A stretch of DNA of 45,146 nt from Candidatus Heimdallarchaeota archaeon (GTDB lineage Archaea > Asgardarchaeota > Heimdallarchaeia > JABLTI01). Of this stretch, positions 18,566 to 28,937 are shown piece by piece. The notes beneath the pieces are model-generated. The model did not search any database, had not been told where the DNA came from, and saw only the letters and a list, made by a program, of their open reading frames with translations. Each line of letters starts with the position of its first letter. Within the stretch, counting starts at the first letter, position 1. The stretch lies in NCBI GenBank assembly GCA_019058275.1, contig JAHLVW010000093.1:1-45146 (forward strand), written 5' to 3'. The translations under genes were made by a program, and so were the position numbers.

Positions 18566-19447
18566 TTATTTTCTGAATATAGCTAGTATAAAACGGTGAT
18601 TAATTATATAACTTTTCTGCGAATAATACTTTTTTACTATTTCATCAATTATTTCTTTTTCGATTTCATTATTATCTGTGAAGAAACAACCTGTTCCTGC
18701 AAGAGCCCCAGTTTGTTTTAACCAAAGGTAGAGATCTTCAGCTTTATTAAAGCTAACAAATTCTTCTACAGTGTTAGTAAATAAAGTTTGAAAGGAATGA
18801 TTTTCAAACCAAGATCTAATATCATTTTCATCTTTTGGTAGTTGATAACTGATCTCTAAAATTTTCGCAATTTCAGATGGATGCTTTTTCATTGTATTAA
18901 TGTAAATTTCATGTATTCCTTCTAATGTTCCTTTACAATTTAGTATGAAATGTGTAGTCCCTCCTTTTTTCAGAATTCGATAAAAGTGTTTTATTACTTT
19001 CTTGTGATTAAAATAAGGAAGTGCATATCCACAATAAATTGCATCATATTTTTCATCAGACTCATCTTGGAGAAAAAGATTACCATCTTGAACAATGAAT
19101 TCACATCTTTTATCTGTGATGTTGCTTTTAGCAATTTCAACCATTTTATCAGAAATGTCTACAGCAACGATTTTCACTGACTTACTTGGTAGTTCTTTCA
19201 ACAATACATCAGTAATATAGCCAGTTCCACAAGCAAAATCCAAAATTAGTGGTCCTTCTTTGTTAATTATCATATCAGTTCTAATTATTTGATCAGTGTA
19301 TTTCTTCATCCTATTGAGCCAATTTTGATAAGTTGGAGCAACAATATTGTACTCATTTTTGTAATCTTGTGCTTTCACGCTTTTACCTGTCAGATAAAGA
19401 AAGATTATTTTTAGGTAAGAAAATAACGATTTGATTACTTTCATCAA
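18566..19447 (-). CDS. Class I SAM-dependent methyltransferase
   Basis: ILDFACGTG, VAVDIS, RILKKGG. Confidence 0.9.
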   Translation of the reverse strand: MMKVIKSLFSYLKIIFLYLTGKSVKAQDYKNEYNIVAPTYQNWLNRMKKYTDQIIRTDMIINKEGPLILDFACGTGYITDVLLKELPSKSVKIVAVDISDKMVEIAKSNITDKRCEFIVQDGNLFLQDESDEKYDAIYCGYALPYFNHKKVIKHFYRILKKGGTTHFILNCKGTLEGIHEIYINTMKKHPSEIAKILEISYQLPKDENDIRSWFENHSFQTLFTNTVEEFVSFNKAEDLYLWLKQTGALAGTGCFFTDNNEIEKEIIDEIVKKYYSQKSYIINHRFILAIFRK

Positions 19448-19517
19448 TTCTCCTTAAAATAAAAGCTAGGATATTGAATAATAAAAATTTCTTAAAAAAA
19501 GGAGATAGAAATTGGGT

Positions 19518-20528
19518 TTACATACCAAAATATTTTGGTAGTAGCCAATCTACAAATTCATCCGTTACAACTCGTCGGATCAAGAAAGTAAGGAATTTTT
19601 GCTCAAAGGTGCCTGATTTGTAGTTAACCTTTGGTTTTTTTGCCTTTATTATTTTAGCAACCGTTTTAGAAATCGTTAGTGGAGGTGGAGCAACTATCAA
19701 ATTTTGTACGATAACCTTCCAAGTCCTTTTTACTGCATCATAGTAAGGTGAACTTTTAGGTTCGGGTGGATTCTCTAGCATTGTTTTTAGCTCATTTGAT
19801 TTATCTGTTGTTCCTTCGTCAGTTGATAAACCGTGCATGTTAATATTGAAATTGGTGTTAATATCACTTGGGAGAATTGTTGATACCTTAATATTAAATT
19901 CCTTTAATTCAATTCTTAAGCCCTCTGTAAAGGTCTTAATCGCTACTTTTGAAGCACTATAATGAGCTTGAAATGGAATTGATATGAAAGCTCCAAGTGT
20001 ACTAGTATTAATTATCTGACCACTTCGTCTTTCCCTCATTTTAGGTAAAACTGCTTTGACAACTCTTACCATCCCAAATAGATTAGTTTCAAAGGTATTT
20101 TTCCAATCTTCCATTGAAAGAAATTCTGCACTATGGAAATAACTAAGACCAGCATTATTTATTAGTACATCAATCCCTCGACCATTAAGCTTAGTTGCAT
20201 CGGTCTCTATTTTAGACATAGCTTTTTTTACTGAAATGTCATCTGTAACATCCATAGAATAGAATTTTATTTTTCTTAACAAAGTATCAAGATTAGTTTT
20301 GATTTTTTTGGGAATCTTAGATTTGACAGGTTTTACTTGATTTTTTTTCTTGTTCAAAAATTTCCATTTTGTATGATCTCTCAAATAAATTTCCTTTAGA
20401 GCCTCGAGGTTAATTTTTTCTGCTTTCCGACTAGTTCCTAAAACTGTGTACCCCAATGAGGTTAAGTAAATTGCATGTGATAGTCCAATGCCTGAAGAAG
20501 CTCCAGTTACAACAACTACTTTATACAC
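19518..20528 (-). CDS. Short-chain dehydrogenase/reductase
   Basis: TGASSGIG, NNAG, YSASK. Confidence 0.93.
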   Translation of the reverse strand: MYKVVVVTGASSGIGLSHAIYLTSLGYTVLGTSRKAEKINLEALKEIYLRDHTKWKFLNKKKNQVKPVKSKIPKKIKTNLDTLLRKIKFYSMDVTDDISVKKAMSKIETDATKLNGRGIDVLINNAGLSYFHSAEFLSMEDWKNTFETNLFGMVRVVKAVLPKMRERRSGQIINTSTLGAFISIPFQAHYSASKVAIKTFTEGLRIELKEFNIKVSTILPSDINTNFNINMHGLSTDEGTTDKSNELKTMLENPPEPKSSPYYDAVKRTWKVIVQNLIVAPPPLTISKTVAKIIKAKKPKVNYKSGTFEQKFLTFLIRRVVTDEFVDWLLPKYFGM

Positions 20529-20762
20529 TTTGATTTATCTCCTGTACGAAATTTTTTGATATGCAAAAAAATTATCAAGCAACGGTTTTTATCTTTGAGC
20601 TACCAAAAGATTTCATTTAGTGGATATCAGAAGTGTTTTTAGATTTTTTCCCACTAATTGGTTTGTAAGTAAAAAAAGGCAATATTCTAGAACTTGAACT
20701 AAACATTATTATTCTTAAGATACAAACAAAAGAAAAACTATAGTTCTTTACATGGTGTTAAA

Positions 20763-21407
20763 ATGATAAAAATGGTTACTTTAGATTTCGATGGAACAAC
20801 AGCTGATACTATGCCAACTTTAGAAAAGATTGCTGTCAGATTAATGACAGAGAATTATCAGTTGGAAGAGAGCAAAGCAAGAACTATGTATCGCAATACT
20901 ACTGGGTTGCCTTTTGAACAACAAATAGGAATCTTATTCCCTGATAAAGAAATGAATGATAAAGTGATAACTCAATTCGAAAAAGAAAAAATTGAGAGTA
21001 TCTTTGATTTGCTTTTATTTGTAGATGCTAAAGAAGCGATTAGCTCTTTAAGAAAACAAGGTTATCTAGTAGCAATATCAAGTTCAACAATTCAATCAAC
21101 AATCGAAAAATATTGTCTGCAAAATGGCTTAGATGTTGATCAAATTCTTGGGTATCGAAAAGGTTTTGAAAAGGGTAAAGACCATTTTGATTTCCTAATG
21201 AAGAAATTCAATCTGCTAGCTGAAGAGATGGTTTATGTTGGTGATTCATTAAAAGATTGTGAACGAGCTCAAGGAAGTGAGATATTATTCATAGCTAAGC
21301 TAGGAATGTTTTCTGTTGAGCAGTTTAATGAAATTTCCAAATCGAAAATTGTAATTAAAGATTTGTTAGAGCTCATAGAATTAATACCAAAACTAAATCG
21401 CAAATAA
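20763..21407 (+). CDS. HAD-superfamily hydrolase
   Basis: DFDGT, SS, K, YVGDSLKD. Confidence 0.9.
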   Translation: MIKMVTLDFDGTTADTMPTLEKIAVRLMTENYQLEESKARTMYRNTTGLPFEQQIGILFPDKEMNDKVITQFEKEKIESIFDLLLFVDAKEAISSLRKQGYLVAISSSTIQSTIEKYCLQNGLDVDQILGYRKGFEKGKDHFDFLMKKFNLLAEEMVYVGDSLKDCERAQGSEILFIAKLGMFSVEQFNEISKSKIVIKDLLELIELIPKLNRK

Positions 21408-21424
21408 TATGATGACTTTCGGAT

Positions 21425-22426
21425 GTGCATTTTTTGAAAATAAGAGCATCAATAGGAACTGCAGCAGCACTTGGTTTGGAAAGAATAAAAACAGATGCTC
21501 TACCAACCACAGCTTATCTTATGATGTATTCAAAAGAGTCATGCCTATCAAATTGTGCTTTTTGTCCACAAGCTAGGGAGAGCTCAAGCAAAACCAATAG
21601 TCTCTCAAGAGTATTGTGGCCTGAGTATAATCTTGATGATATCATTTTACATTTAAAGAAAAATTCAACAAAACTCAAACGTATTTGCATTCAAACTATA
21701 AGATTCAAAAATTCAGATAATGAATTGTTAAAGCTTCTAAGGGGTTTATGGGAAAGTAATCTATCAATTCCATTAACTGTTTGTTGTTACCCAACAACAA
21801 GTGATCTTTTTAGAGAAATGAAAGAATTAGGAGTATCTAGAGTTGGTATTTCATTTGATTGTGCAACACCCGAAATTTATGAAAATATCAAAGGATTGAA
21901 CAGAGAGTGCGATGTTTCTTGGCTGATACTAGAAAGTACAATTCATGAAACACAAAGGATTTTTGGCAATAGATTTGTAAGCACACATCTAATTGTCGGA
22001 TTGGGTGAGACTGAAAAAGAAGCAGTTGAATTCATCCAAAGATTCTATGATCAGAAAATTACTGTAGGGTTATTTGCTTTTACACCAATAAAAGGAACAG
22101 CTTTAGAGAATCATCCACAACCTTCTCTAGCTTCATATAGGAAAATCCAATTTGCAAGACATTTAATATTTTCAGACATATCATCTTTCTCAGAAATGAA
22201 GTTTAGTGATTCAAAGGATGATTATGGCAAAATTGTTAGTTTTGGTATACAAAGACAGAAATTAGATGAAGAACTAACAACTGGCAAACCATTCAGAACA
22301 AGTGGTTGTCCCCATTGCAATAGACCATTCTATAATGAATCACCAGGAAAAGAACTTTACAATTATCCTTGGGATCCAAATCCTGATGAAGTAAAGAGGA
22401 TTAGAACATATTTCTCTGATTTCTAA
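21425..22426 (+). CDS. lipS2: Radical SAM protein, LipS2-type archaeal lipoyl synthase component
   Basis: CLSNCAFCPQAR, THLIVGLGETE, C-terminal TSGCPHCNRP matching the LipS2 TxGCPxCNRP signature; lipoate ligase two genes downstream. Confidence 0.75.
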   Translation: MHFLKIRASIGTAAALGLERIKTDALPTTAYLMMYSKESCLSNCAFCPQARESSSKTNSLSRVLWPEYNLDDIILHLKKNSTKLKRICIQTIRFKNSDNELLKLLRGLWESNLSIPLTVCCYPTTSDLFREMKELGVSRVGISFDCATPEIYENIKGLNRECDVSWLILESTIHETQRIFGNRFVSTHLIVGLGETEKEAVEFIQRFYDQKITVGLFAFTPIKGTALENHPQPSLASYRKIQFARHLIFSDISSFSEMKFSDSKDDYGKIVSFGIQRQKLDEELTTGKPFRTSGCPHCNRPFYNESPGKELYNYPWDPNPDEVKRIRTYFSDF

Positions 22427-22529
22427 TATTTCATTACAAGTAGTGCTTTAATTTGAAAAGCAATATAAATCAAATATTTAATATATTGTTTAGATTACTG
22501 AACAGACAGTATAATTTGATAATGGACAA

Positions 22530-22961
22530 ATGAAAATGTCAGAAAAAAAATTCATAATTTGTGCCAGTTGTGGTGCACTATTGGAAAAGGAAGTGCAATT
22601 CTGTGGATATTGTGGTTCAAAAGTTGAGGAAATTAAAGAACAACCTCCACAACAAAGTTATCAACCTCCACAACAACCTCAGTATGGAACGCAAAGCAGT
22701 AGTTACGCGCAATATGATACATGGGATATGAGTCGTAATGCTGAGAATAATGTTAGGTTAGCATGGATGTTTGCATGGTTTACATTTCTTGGTGGAATTA
22801 TATTTTTAGGATTAACAGTTTATTATGCAAATAGAGCAAAAAAAGCTGGTAGCACAAACCCAAGAATTAGACAGTCGATAATTGTTGCAACTATTGGTGC
22901 AGTGTTATCTTTTGCTCTTAACGCAGCTATAACATACATTTGGTTATTCGGATTTCCATAA
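22530..22961 (+). CDS. Zn-ribbon, Pro/Gln-rich linker, two-TM membrane protein
   Basis: CASCG...CGYCG; QPPQQ repeats; hydrophobic C-terminal helices. Confidence 0.75.
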   Translation: MKMSEKKFIICASCGALLEKEVQFCGYCGSKVEEIKEQPPQQSYQPPQQPQYGTQSSSYAQYDTWDMSRNAENNVRLAWMFAWFTFLGGIIFLGLTVYYANRAKKAGSTNPRIRQSIIVATIGAVLSFALNAAITYIWLFGFP

Positions 22962-22993
22962 AAGAAGAATTATTTATCAGGAAATGATAATGG

Positions 22994-23776
22994 ATGGTCA
23001 TGGATCAATGGCGATTAATTTGGGTTGAAGATGCTAACAACTGCTACTACAACATGGGTTTAGATAAAGCAATTCTAGAAGCTATTGCAGCATCTAAAGT
23101 GAACAATACTGTAAGATTGTATCGGTGGAAACCATCAGCTGTTTCAATTGGATATTTTCAATCAATGAACATTGTGGTCAATATTGAAAACTGCAAGAAA
23201 ATGAATGTTGATTACATTCGAAGAACTACTGGCGGTGGAGCTGTTTATCATGATTTTGAAGGTGAATTAACCTATTCAGTTAATTGTCTTGATTCTGATC
23301 CAACACTTCCACAAGATGTTTCTAAAATCTATGAAAAAATCTGTGGTGGGATTGTAGAAGGATTAAAAATACTTGATATAGAAGCAGAATTCAAACCAAT
23401 TAATGATATAAACCTGAAGAGTAATGGTAAAAAAATTTCTGGAAACGCACTCACACGAAAAAATGGTGTTGTATTACAACATGGAACAATTTTAAGGAAG
23501 GTAGATGTAGAGAGGATGTTTTCTCTTTTGATTGTTCCTGATGAAAAGTTTAGAGCTAAACTAATAGCTTCAGCAAAAGAAAGAGTGTCAAGCTTAGAAT
23601 TAGAATTAGGACACGCACCATCTTTTAAGGAAATTAGAGAAGCTCTAATATCAGGACTTGAATCAGCACTAAATATTGAATTAGTATTTGACACAATAAC
23701 TGAAGAAGAGCATACAAATGCATTAAAAATTGCAGATGAACTATTTAAGGATGAGAAATGGTTATTTAAGAGATAA
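22994..23776 (+). CDS. lplA: Lipoate-protein ligase A catalytic domain (LplA/LipM family)
   Basis: NMGLDKAI, RRTTGGGAVYHD, KKISGNA, LQHGT. Confidence 0.9.
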   Translation: MVMDQWRLIWVEDANNCYYNMGLDKAILEAIAASKVNNTVRLYRWKPSAVSIGYFQSMNIVVNIENCKKMNVDYIRRTTGGGAVYHDFEGELTYSVNCLDSDPTLPQDVSKIYEKICGGIVEGLKILDIEAEFKPINDINLKSNGKKISGNALTRKNGVVLQHGTILRKVDVERMFSLLIVPDEKFRAKLIASAKERVSSLELELGHAPSFKEIREALISGLESALNIELVFDTITEEEHTNALKIADELFKDEKWLFKR

Positions 23777-23911
23777 GAATAATTCATGAATTAAAGAAAA
23801 GGTAATTATACATCAATAAACCAATGCCTTTTTGACTTAAAAACAAGAAATAATATTGGAAGAATAAAACCATATTAACAAAATTAACAGTGCAATTGGA
23901 GCGAAGAGCTG

Positions 23912-24604
23912 TTGAGCAGTGGAAAACGAATAAGAGGGTTTAGATTCTATTTGGATTATGAGTATGGATCTGAAACGAAAGATCAAATTGAAGATCTTTT
24001 AACTATGCATTCTTCTACAGATGAAATTTTAACTAAAGCGATTTCTGTATTACATGAACAGAATTTTGGTTCTATATCTAAAAAAAGCCCACCTCCATCT
24101 TATTCTCAAACATTCACTGCTACTGATGATACAACTAGTAAAAGATTGGATGAGCTATGGGGATTTATCCAAACTATTAAAGAGCAAACTAAACCTCCTG
24201 TACCGGTTGAAGCAACACAGAATGCCCAAATAAATCATCTACTATCAGATGAACAAAACGAAAAAATACTCAAGAAGATTGATGAATTAGGAATGAGATT
24301 TAGCAAAATCCTACCGCAGGAAGAACAAATAGCCGGACAAAAAACTACTGAAATGAGCAAAGAGGAAGTATTAAAATTAATTAAACGGATTGATCAATTA
24401 GAATCAAAATTAACTCGAGCAATCTCGCAATCTAGAGTTGCAGCAGGACCTGTTAGAACAAGAAGAGGTACTAGAGATTTAGGTGAACCAGCTAAAATTG
24501 CAGAAGCTAAACCAATTGATGGTCCAAAGCCAGATGCACAAGATAGACCTTTGCTAGACGATGTTTTAGATACTGTTATCGTTTCTGTTGAAAAGGAAGA
24601 ATGA
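23912..24604 (+). CDS. Hypothetical coiled-coil protein
   Basis: 230-aa ORF with heptad-like segments and a low-complexity C-terminus. Confidence 0.65.
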   Translation: MSSGKRIRGFRFYLDYEYGSETKDQIEDLLTMHSSTDEILTKAISVLHEQNFGSISKKSPPPSYSQTFTATDDTTSKRLDELWGFIQTIKEQTKPPVPVEATQNAQINHLLSDEQNEKILKKIDELGMRFSKILPQEEQIAGQKTTEMSKEEVLKLIKRIDQLESKLTRAISQSRVAAGPVRTRRGTRDLGEPAKIAEAKPIDGPKPDAQDRPLLDDVLDTVIVSVEKEE

Positions 24605-24619
24605 ACACAAATCTTTGAA

Positions 24620-25477
24620 TCAAGAAATGGATTTTATATCATCGAAATAGGATGAGAAGTTTTCATCTTCTAACATTTCTTCAAGATATTTTTTAGCAAT
24701 TTTCCTATCAAGATCATTCAAAATTCTGCAAACTTCAATGCAATCTTCAATATATTTCTCCTTTCTCAGTTTTTTGTATCCGTCTTTTAAGGCATTAATT
24801 GAATCTCGCTTCCGTAAAATTCTTGATAATGCCCAAGCAGATTCCTTAGCTTCACCTTCTTTCAATAAGTGCTTCTTTAATAAATCAACTGTGGTAGGCA
24901 CTTGTAGTTTGCCTAAAGCATATGCAGCATTTTTTCTTACTGTTAATCGCGAATCATCTAATGCTTTTAACAATGCATTTGTAGCACGTTTATCTTTAAT
25001 CTCACCTAGAGCATAAGCAGCCATTTCTCTAACATTGTAATTGTCATCATTTTCTAAAACAGATATTAAATGTCTAACACCTTTACGACTTCTTAATCTT
25101 CCTAGAGCGAATGTAGCATTTTGCCTTACTAAATAATGACCATCTTGTAGAGCTGTGATTAAATCAGTAGTATCAAATTTAACATTGGTAAAATAAGCCA
25201 AAGCATAAGCTGATTCTGCTCTTACCTCAGCACTGTCATCATTAACTAAAGTAAACATAAGTGGCTTTACAGAGCGCTTGTTTTCAATTTCCTTTAGTGC
25301 TCTTGCTGCAGCTCTCCTCAAATTTTCATCTGGATGAGAAAGGATCTTAATTAAAGGGGTAACTGCACGATCATGTCCCCATTCACCTAACTCAATAGCA
25401 GCTCTTATACGGATATCTGCATCTTCTGATGATAAATCTCTAATGTATTCTGTTAGTGTTTTTTCATGTTCCGACAT
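24620..25477 (-). CDS. PBS-lyase HEAT repeat protein
   Basis: Multiple VRxxAAxALGx repeats. Confidence 0.92.
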   Translation of the reverse strand: MSEHEKTLTEYIRDLSSEDADIRIRAAIELGEWGHDRAVTPLIKILSHPDENLRRAAARALKEIENKRSVKPLMFTLVNDDSAEVRAESAYALAYFTNVKFDTTDLITALQDGHYLVRQNATFALGRLRSRKGVRHLISVLENDDNYNVREMAAYALGEIKDKRATNALLKALDDSRLTVRKNAAYALGKLQVPTTVDLLKKHLLKEGEAKESAWALSRILRKRDSINALKDGYKKLRKEKYIEDCIEVCRILNDLDRKIAKKYLEEMLEDENFSSYFDDIKSIS

Positions 25478-25660
25478 TACCTTTTCCCAACCATTGAAGC
25501 AATTTACAATTATATCAGTTGTAGATTAATTTTGTTAAATGAACATTTCAAGATAAAGAAGGATGTTTATTTAAATGATGGTAATAAGAAGCAAAATTAT
25601 GGATAACTATAACTTTTAAAAGAAGCAAAGCTAAAAAGAAGTTACGTTTGAGGATTTTAA

Positions 25661-26380
25661 ATGATATCAAAGCCCATTCAAGGACTCCTATTTGATTTCG
25701 ATGGTGTTATTTCTTCAGTCATGGCTAGAGTTATTTGGCCTTTTTTTCGAGCAATTAAGAATGTAAAGCCAGATATAAAACGTGAATATCTAATGGAACG
25801 TTATTATCTTGCTACTCAGCAACTACTTGCTACTGATAAAATCAAACCTTTATACGTCCCAATTTTAGTTGCTAAAATGCTTAATGTTGATCAGTTAAAC
25901 TATTTTCAAAAGTTAAGATTTCTCATTCAGAGTTTGGTTATGTATTCTAAAAGCAAGTTAAATGTTGTACCACAAGAAGGTGCTCAGGAAACGCTCAAAG
26001 CTCTAAGAGAAGAATATAAAATGGGATTGGTTACTACCGCAGAACGAAAGGTTATTGACATAGCAAGAGAAAAAATCCCAGCTTTAAACGATTTTGATGT
26101 TATTATAACTCGCGAAGATTGTACACAGACAAAACCAAATCCAGAAGGATTAATCAAAGGTATTAAGGGGTTAGGTTTGCATAGGGATGAGATTTTGTAT
26201 ATAGGAGATTTACCATCAGATATAATAGCAAGTCAAAGAGCAAAAATCAAAGTTGTAAGTGTAATGGGTGAGTTCAAAGAAACAGCAAGAAGAGGTTTAG
26301 AAGAACTTAATCCAAATTACATCATACCTATGTTAAAGGATTTGCCTAATTTACTTAAAACAATAAAAGGTAAAAAATAA
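25661..26380 (+). CDS. HAD hydrolase (phosphoglycolate phosphatase-like)
   Basis: LFDFDGV, GLVTT, KPNPEG, YIGDLPSD. Confidence 0.9.
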   Translation: MISKPIQGLLFDFDGVISSVMARVIWPFFRAIKNVKPDIKREYLMERYYLATQQLLATDKIKPLYVPILVAKMLNVDQLNYFQKLRFLIQSLVMYSKSKLNVVPQEGAQETLKALREEYKMGLVTTAERKVIDIAREKIPALNDFDVIITREDCTQTKPNPEGLIKGIKGLGLHRDEILYIGDLPSDIIASQRAKIKVVSVMGEFKETARRGLEELNPNYIIPMLKDLPNLLKTIKGKK

Positions 26381-26432
26381 CATTAAAAACTAATTTTGAA
26401 TAAAAGAAAAAAGAAAAAGATGAAAAATGAGT

Positions 26433-27140
26433 TTATGCTTTTAGTAGCTCATCTATATCTTTTTGACTTAAAACTTCGACTATTCCGGTTTTAACCTCGA
26501 TAACAGCCATTTCAGCAACTAAACCGCCTTCATCTTCCTCAGCAGCAGCTTTAAGTGCATCAAATGCAAGTTTGACAGCAGCTTTTTTGGTTAGTACTTT
26601 CTTGTATCCTTTCTTTAGGACTTCTTTTGCAGCGCCTTCGTTTGAACCAATTGCTTGTGCTAAGCAGCTGAATATTGCTCCTCCAGGATCAATGTAATGT
26701 AGATAAGCTTCAGATTCATAGACACTACCAAATAACACAGCAATACCATATGGACGAACTCCACCATATTGAGTGAATGATTGTAAGTGATCGCCTATTT
26801 TTTCTGAAAGAACTTCTGGATCAATCACTTCTCCATAAGTGATTCTTTCAATTTGAGCTTCTATTCTTGCTCTTTGTAAAAGTGCTCTTCCATCTGCAGA
26901 ATATCCTGAGAAAGTTGAAGCTATGTGATCATCTATCTTGAATACTTTATCTGCAGATTCAATTAGTTCAAATGATCGTTTTTGTCCTGCTAAAACCACA
27001 CAGCTATCTGTTTTAATACCTACAGCAGTACTGCCCATTTTAACAGCCTCTCGAGCGTATTCAACTTGGATTATTCTTCCGTCAGGAGAGAAAATAACTG
27101 TAGCTTTATCGTAACCGAATTGACTTGGTTGTGAAAACAT
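26433..27140 (-). CDS. psmA: Proteasome subunit alpha
   Basis: GYDKATVIFSPDGRIIQVEYAREAV, TQYGGVRPYG. Confidence 0.95.
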   Translation of the reverse strand: MFSQPSQFGYDKATVIFSPDGRIIQVEYAREAVKMGSTAVGIKTDSCVVLAGQKRSFELIESADKVFKIDDHIASTFSGYSADGRALLQRARIEAQIERITYGEVIDPEVLSEKIGDHLQSFTQYGGVRPYGIAVLFGSVYESEAYLHYIDPGGAIFSCLAQAIGSNEGAAKEVLKKGYKKVLTKKAAVKLAFDALKAAAEEDEGGLVAEMAVIEVKTGIVEVLSQKDIDELLKA

Positions 27141-27141
27141 C

Positions 27142-27786
27142 TTAAAGAGCTCCTCCGTGTTCAATTATATCTTCTTTTGATAGTTCTCTGAAGCCTTTAC
27201 TATCAATAACAACTGCTCTAATTCCATCGCCTGTAGCTGTGTCTCTTTTTATGGCTGACTTCAAAGCTTTTAAGGCTAATTTCATACCTTCCTTTTCAGT
27301 CATGTCCTTCTCATACATTACTTCTAAGACACCTATTGCTAGTGGTGACCCTGAGCCTGTTGACATCCAATCATCTTCTGAGACAGAACCAGCCATATCA
27401 AATGAGAAGATATGTGGTCCTGTTTTATCCCAACCACCAACCATTAGTTGGACATAGTATGGGAAATATTGTCGATATTGTCCATAGAGCATGTTTTTGA
27501 CGAGATTTGCTATCATAGATGTCTTTGGTTTTCGTTTTCGATCAAGCTCAAATAATCGTATTTGTGCTTGCATGATGTCAATGATATATTGTGCATCAGA
27601 AACTAAGCCTGCAATTGTGATTGCTGAGTAATCATTCAATCGATGAACTTTCTTAGCATGATCGGATGCAACCAATGTACCCATACTTGCGCGCATGTCA
27701 GCAACAAGGATTGCACAATCTTTACACTTAACTGCAACAGTTGTCGTTCCTTTTGTTAATTGTTGTTCAATATTATTTGGTTGCAA
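27142..27786 (-). CDS. psmB: Proteasome subunit beta (short propeptide, KG|TTT)
   Basis: KGTTTVAV, ADMRASMG, AGLVSDAQ, TGSGS, RDTATGDG. Confidence 0.95.
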   Translation of the reverse strand: MQPNNIEQQLTKGTTTVAVKCKDCAILVADMRASMGTLVASDHAKKVHRLNDYSAITIAGLVSDAQYIIDIMQAQIRLFELDRKRKPKTSMIANLVKNMLYGQYRQYFPYYVQLMVGGWDKTGPHIFSFDMAGSVSEDDWMSTGSGSPLAIGVLEVMYEKDMTEKEGMKLALKALKSAIKRDTATGDGIRAVVIDSKGFRELSKEDIIEHGGAL

Positions 27787-27928
27787 TTTTTCAACCTCAA
27801 ATTAGTTTTATCTTACAATACATAAAGTGTCATTATATAAAATGACTAAGTAGTATTTCTAATGATAAAACCAGCAGAATTCTCATTAAAAATAAACTTT
27901 TTGCAACTATTGGTTAAGTGATAAATGA

Positions 27929-28702
27929 CTAGTTTTCTGTCAGGTCATTTGTTGTTGTGCTTAACCATGTTGTTAATTGTTGCTGATAATCAAGTTCAGA
28001 TAATGAACTTCTTCTCCATCCTTCTGTTTCAATTGATGCGTGAATACAAAATGTTGATAAGATTTCTATAAAGAATCGAGATAAATCATCTAATGCTTGT
28101 TCATAAGCAAATCTTTGATTATCACCCTTATCTGGGATAATATTTAGAATGGCTTCATCCTCATAAGCATTTAATGTTGCTGATGCACGACTATCAACAA
28201 GTTGCCAACGAATAACTAAATTCTTACCTTCGGTATGCGAAATATATCTGAAAGCACCAAACCATTTTCCTACAAATAGGGTTGTTAGTTCTTCAATAGG
28301 TAGTTTGTTATCAAAAACAATTTTTTGTTGTAAATATTCATCAGTTGCTTGATGAAGATCAACAGCGTTTTGTAGTTTAATGATTTCAGAAAGAATGGTT
28401 GTACCTTTAACTGATATTGAGTAACCTCCACCGTTTTTACATATCAAATCTTTCGAAAGTAATCTGTTAACTGCTTTGGTTATCTTTTGCTGGTGTTTAC
28501 CCAATTGTCGTTTGATACCTGAGAAGGAAAAAGATGTAAGTCCTTTTGCAGACATTTCTGTAGTAGCTAGTAAAAATAATACTTCTAATTCGTCTTTAGT
28601 TAAGTAGGAATATTCTTCTGTATAGAGTATATTTGGACGTATGTTTATCTCAATAGCTGGAAGAGCATTTAGATTGGAGAAATCGTCACTATGAAATTCC
28701 AT
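27929..28702 (-). CDS. Hypothetical protein with winged-HTH-like region
   Basis: FSFSGIKRQLGKHQQKITKAVNRLLSKDLICK...YSISVKG. Confidence 0.6.
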   Translation of the reverse strand: MEFHSDDFSNLNALPAIEINIRPNILYTEEYSYLTKDELEVLFLLATTEMSAKGLTSFSFSGIKRQLGKHQQKITKAVNRLLSKDLICKNGGGYSISVKGTTILSEIIKLQNAVDLHQATDEYLQQKIVFDNKLPIEELTTLFVGKWFGAFRYISHTEGKNLVIRWQLVDSRASATLNAYEDEAILNIIPDKGDNQRFAYEQALDDLSRFFIEILSTFCIHASIETEGWRRSSLSELDYQQQLTTWLSTTTNDLTEN

Positions 28703-28937
28703 ACAACAAACCTACTACAATTTACATTTTAACATCTGTTTTTCTGGTATATAATAACTTACATTCATTAATTTATAGTTAGTTTTCTATTACACTAATA
28801 AAATAATTATTAGAGGGATTTTTCTTCATATTTTCTAATATTTAACTCATTTCTAATAACAAAATGAATAATAATCTCTTTGATATTATAATAATGAGAG
28901 ATTTACAAAATTGATACTTATTTAGGAGGGATATGAT

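Noticed and set aside
22640-22685. CAACCTCCACAACAA direct repeat
   Set aside because: Encodes the QPPQQ linker; ordinary coding repeat
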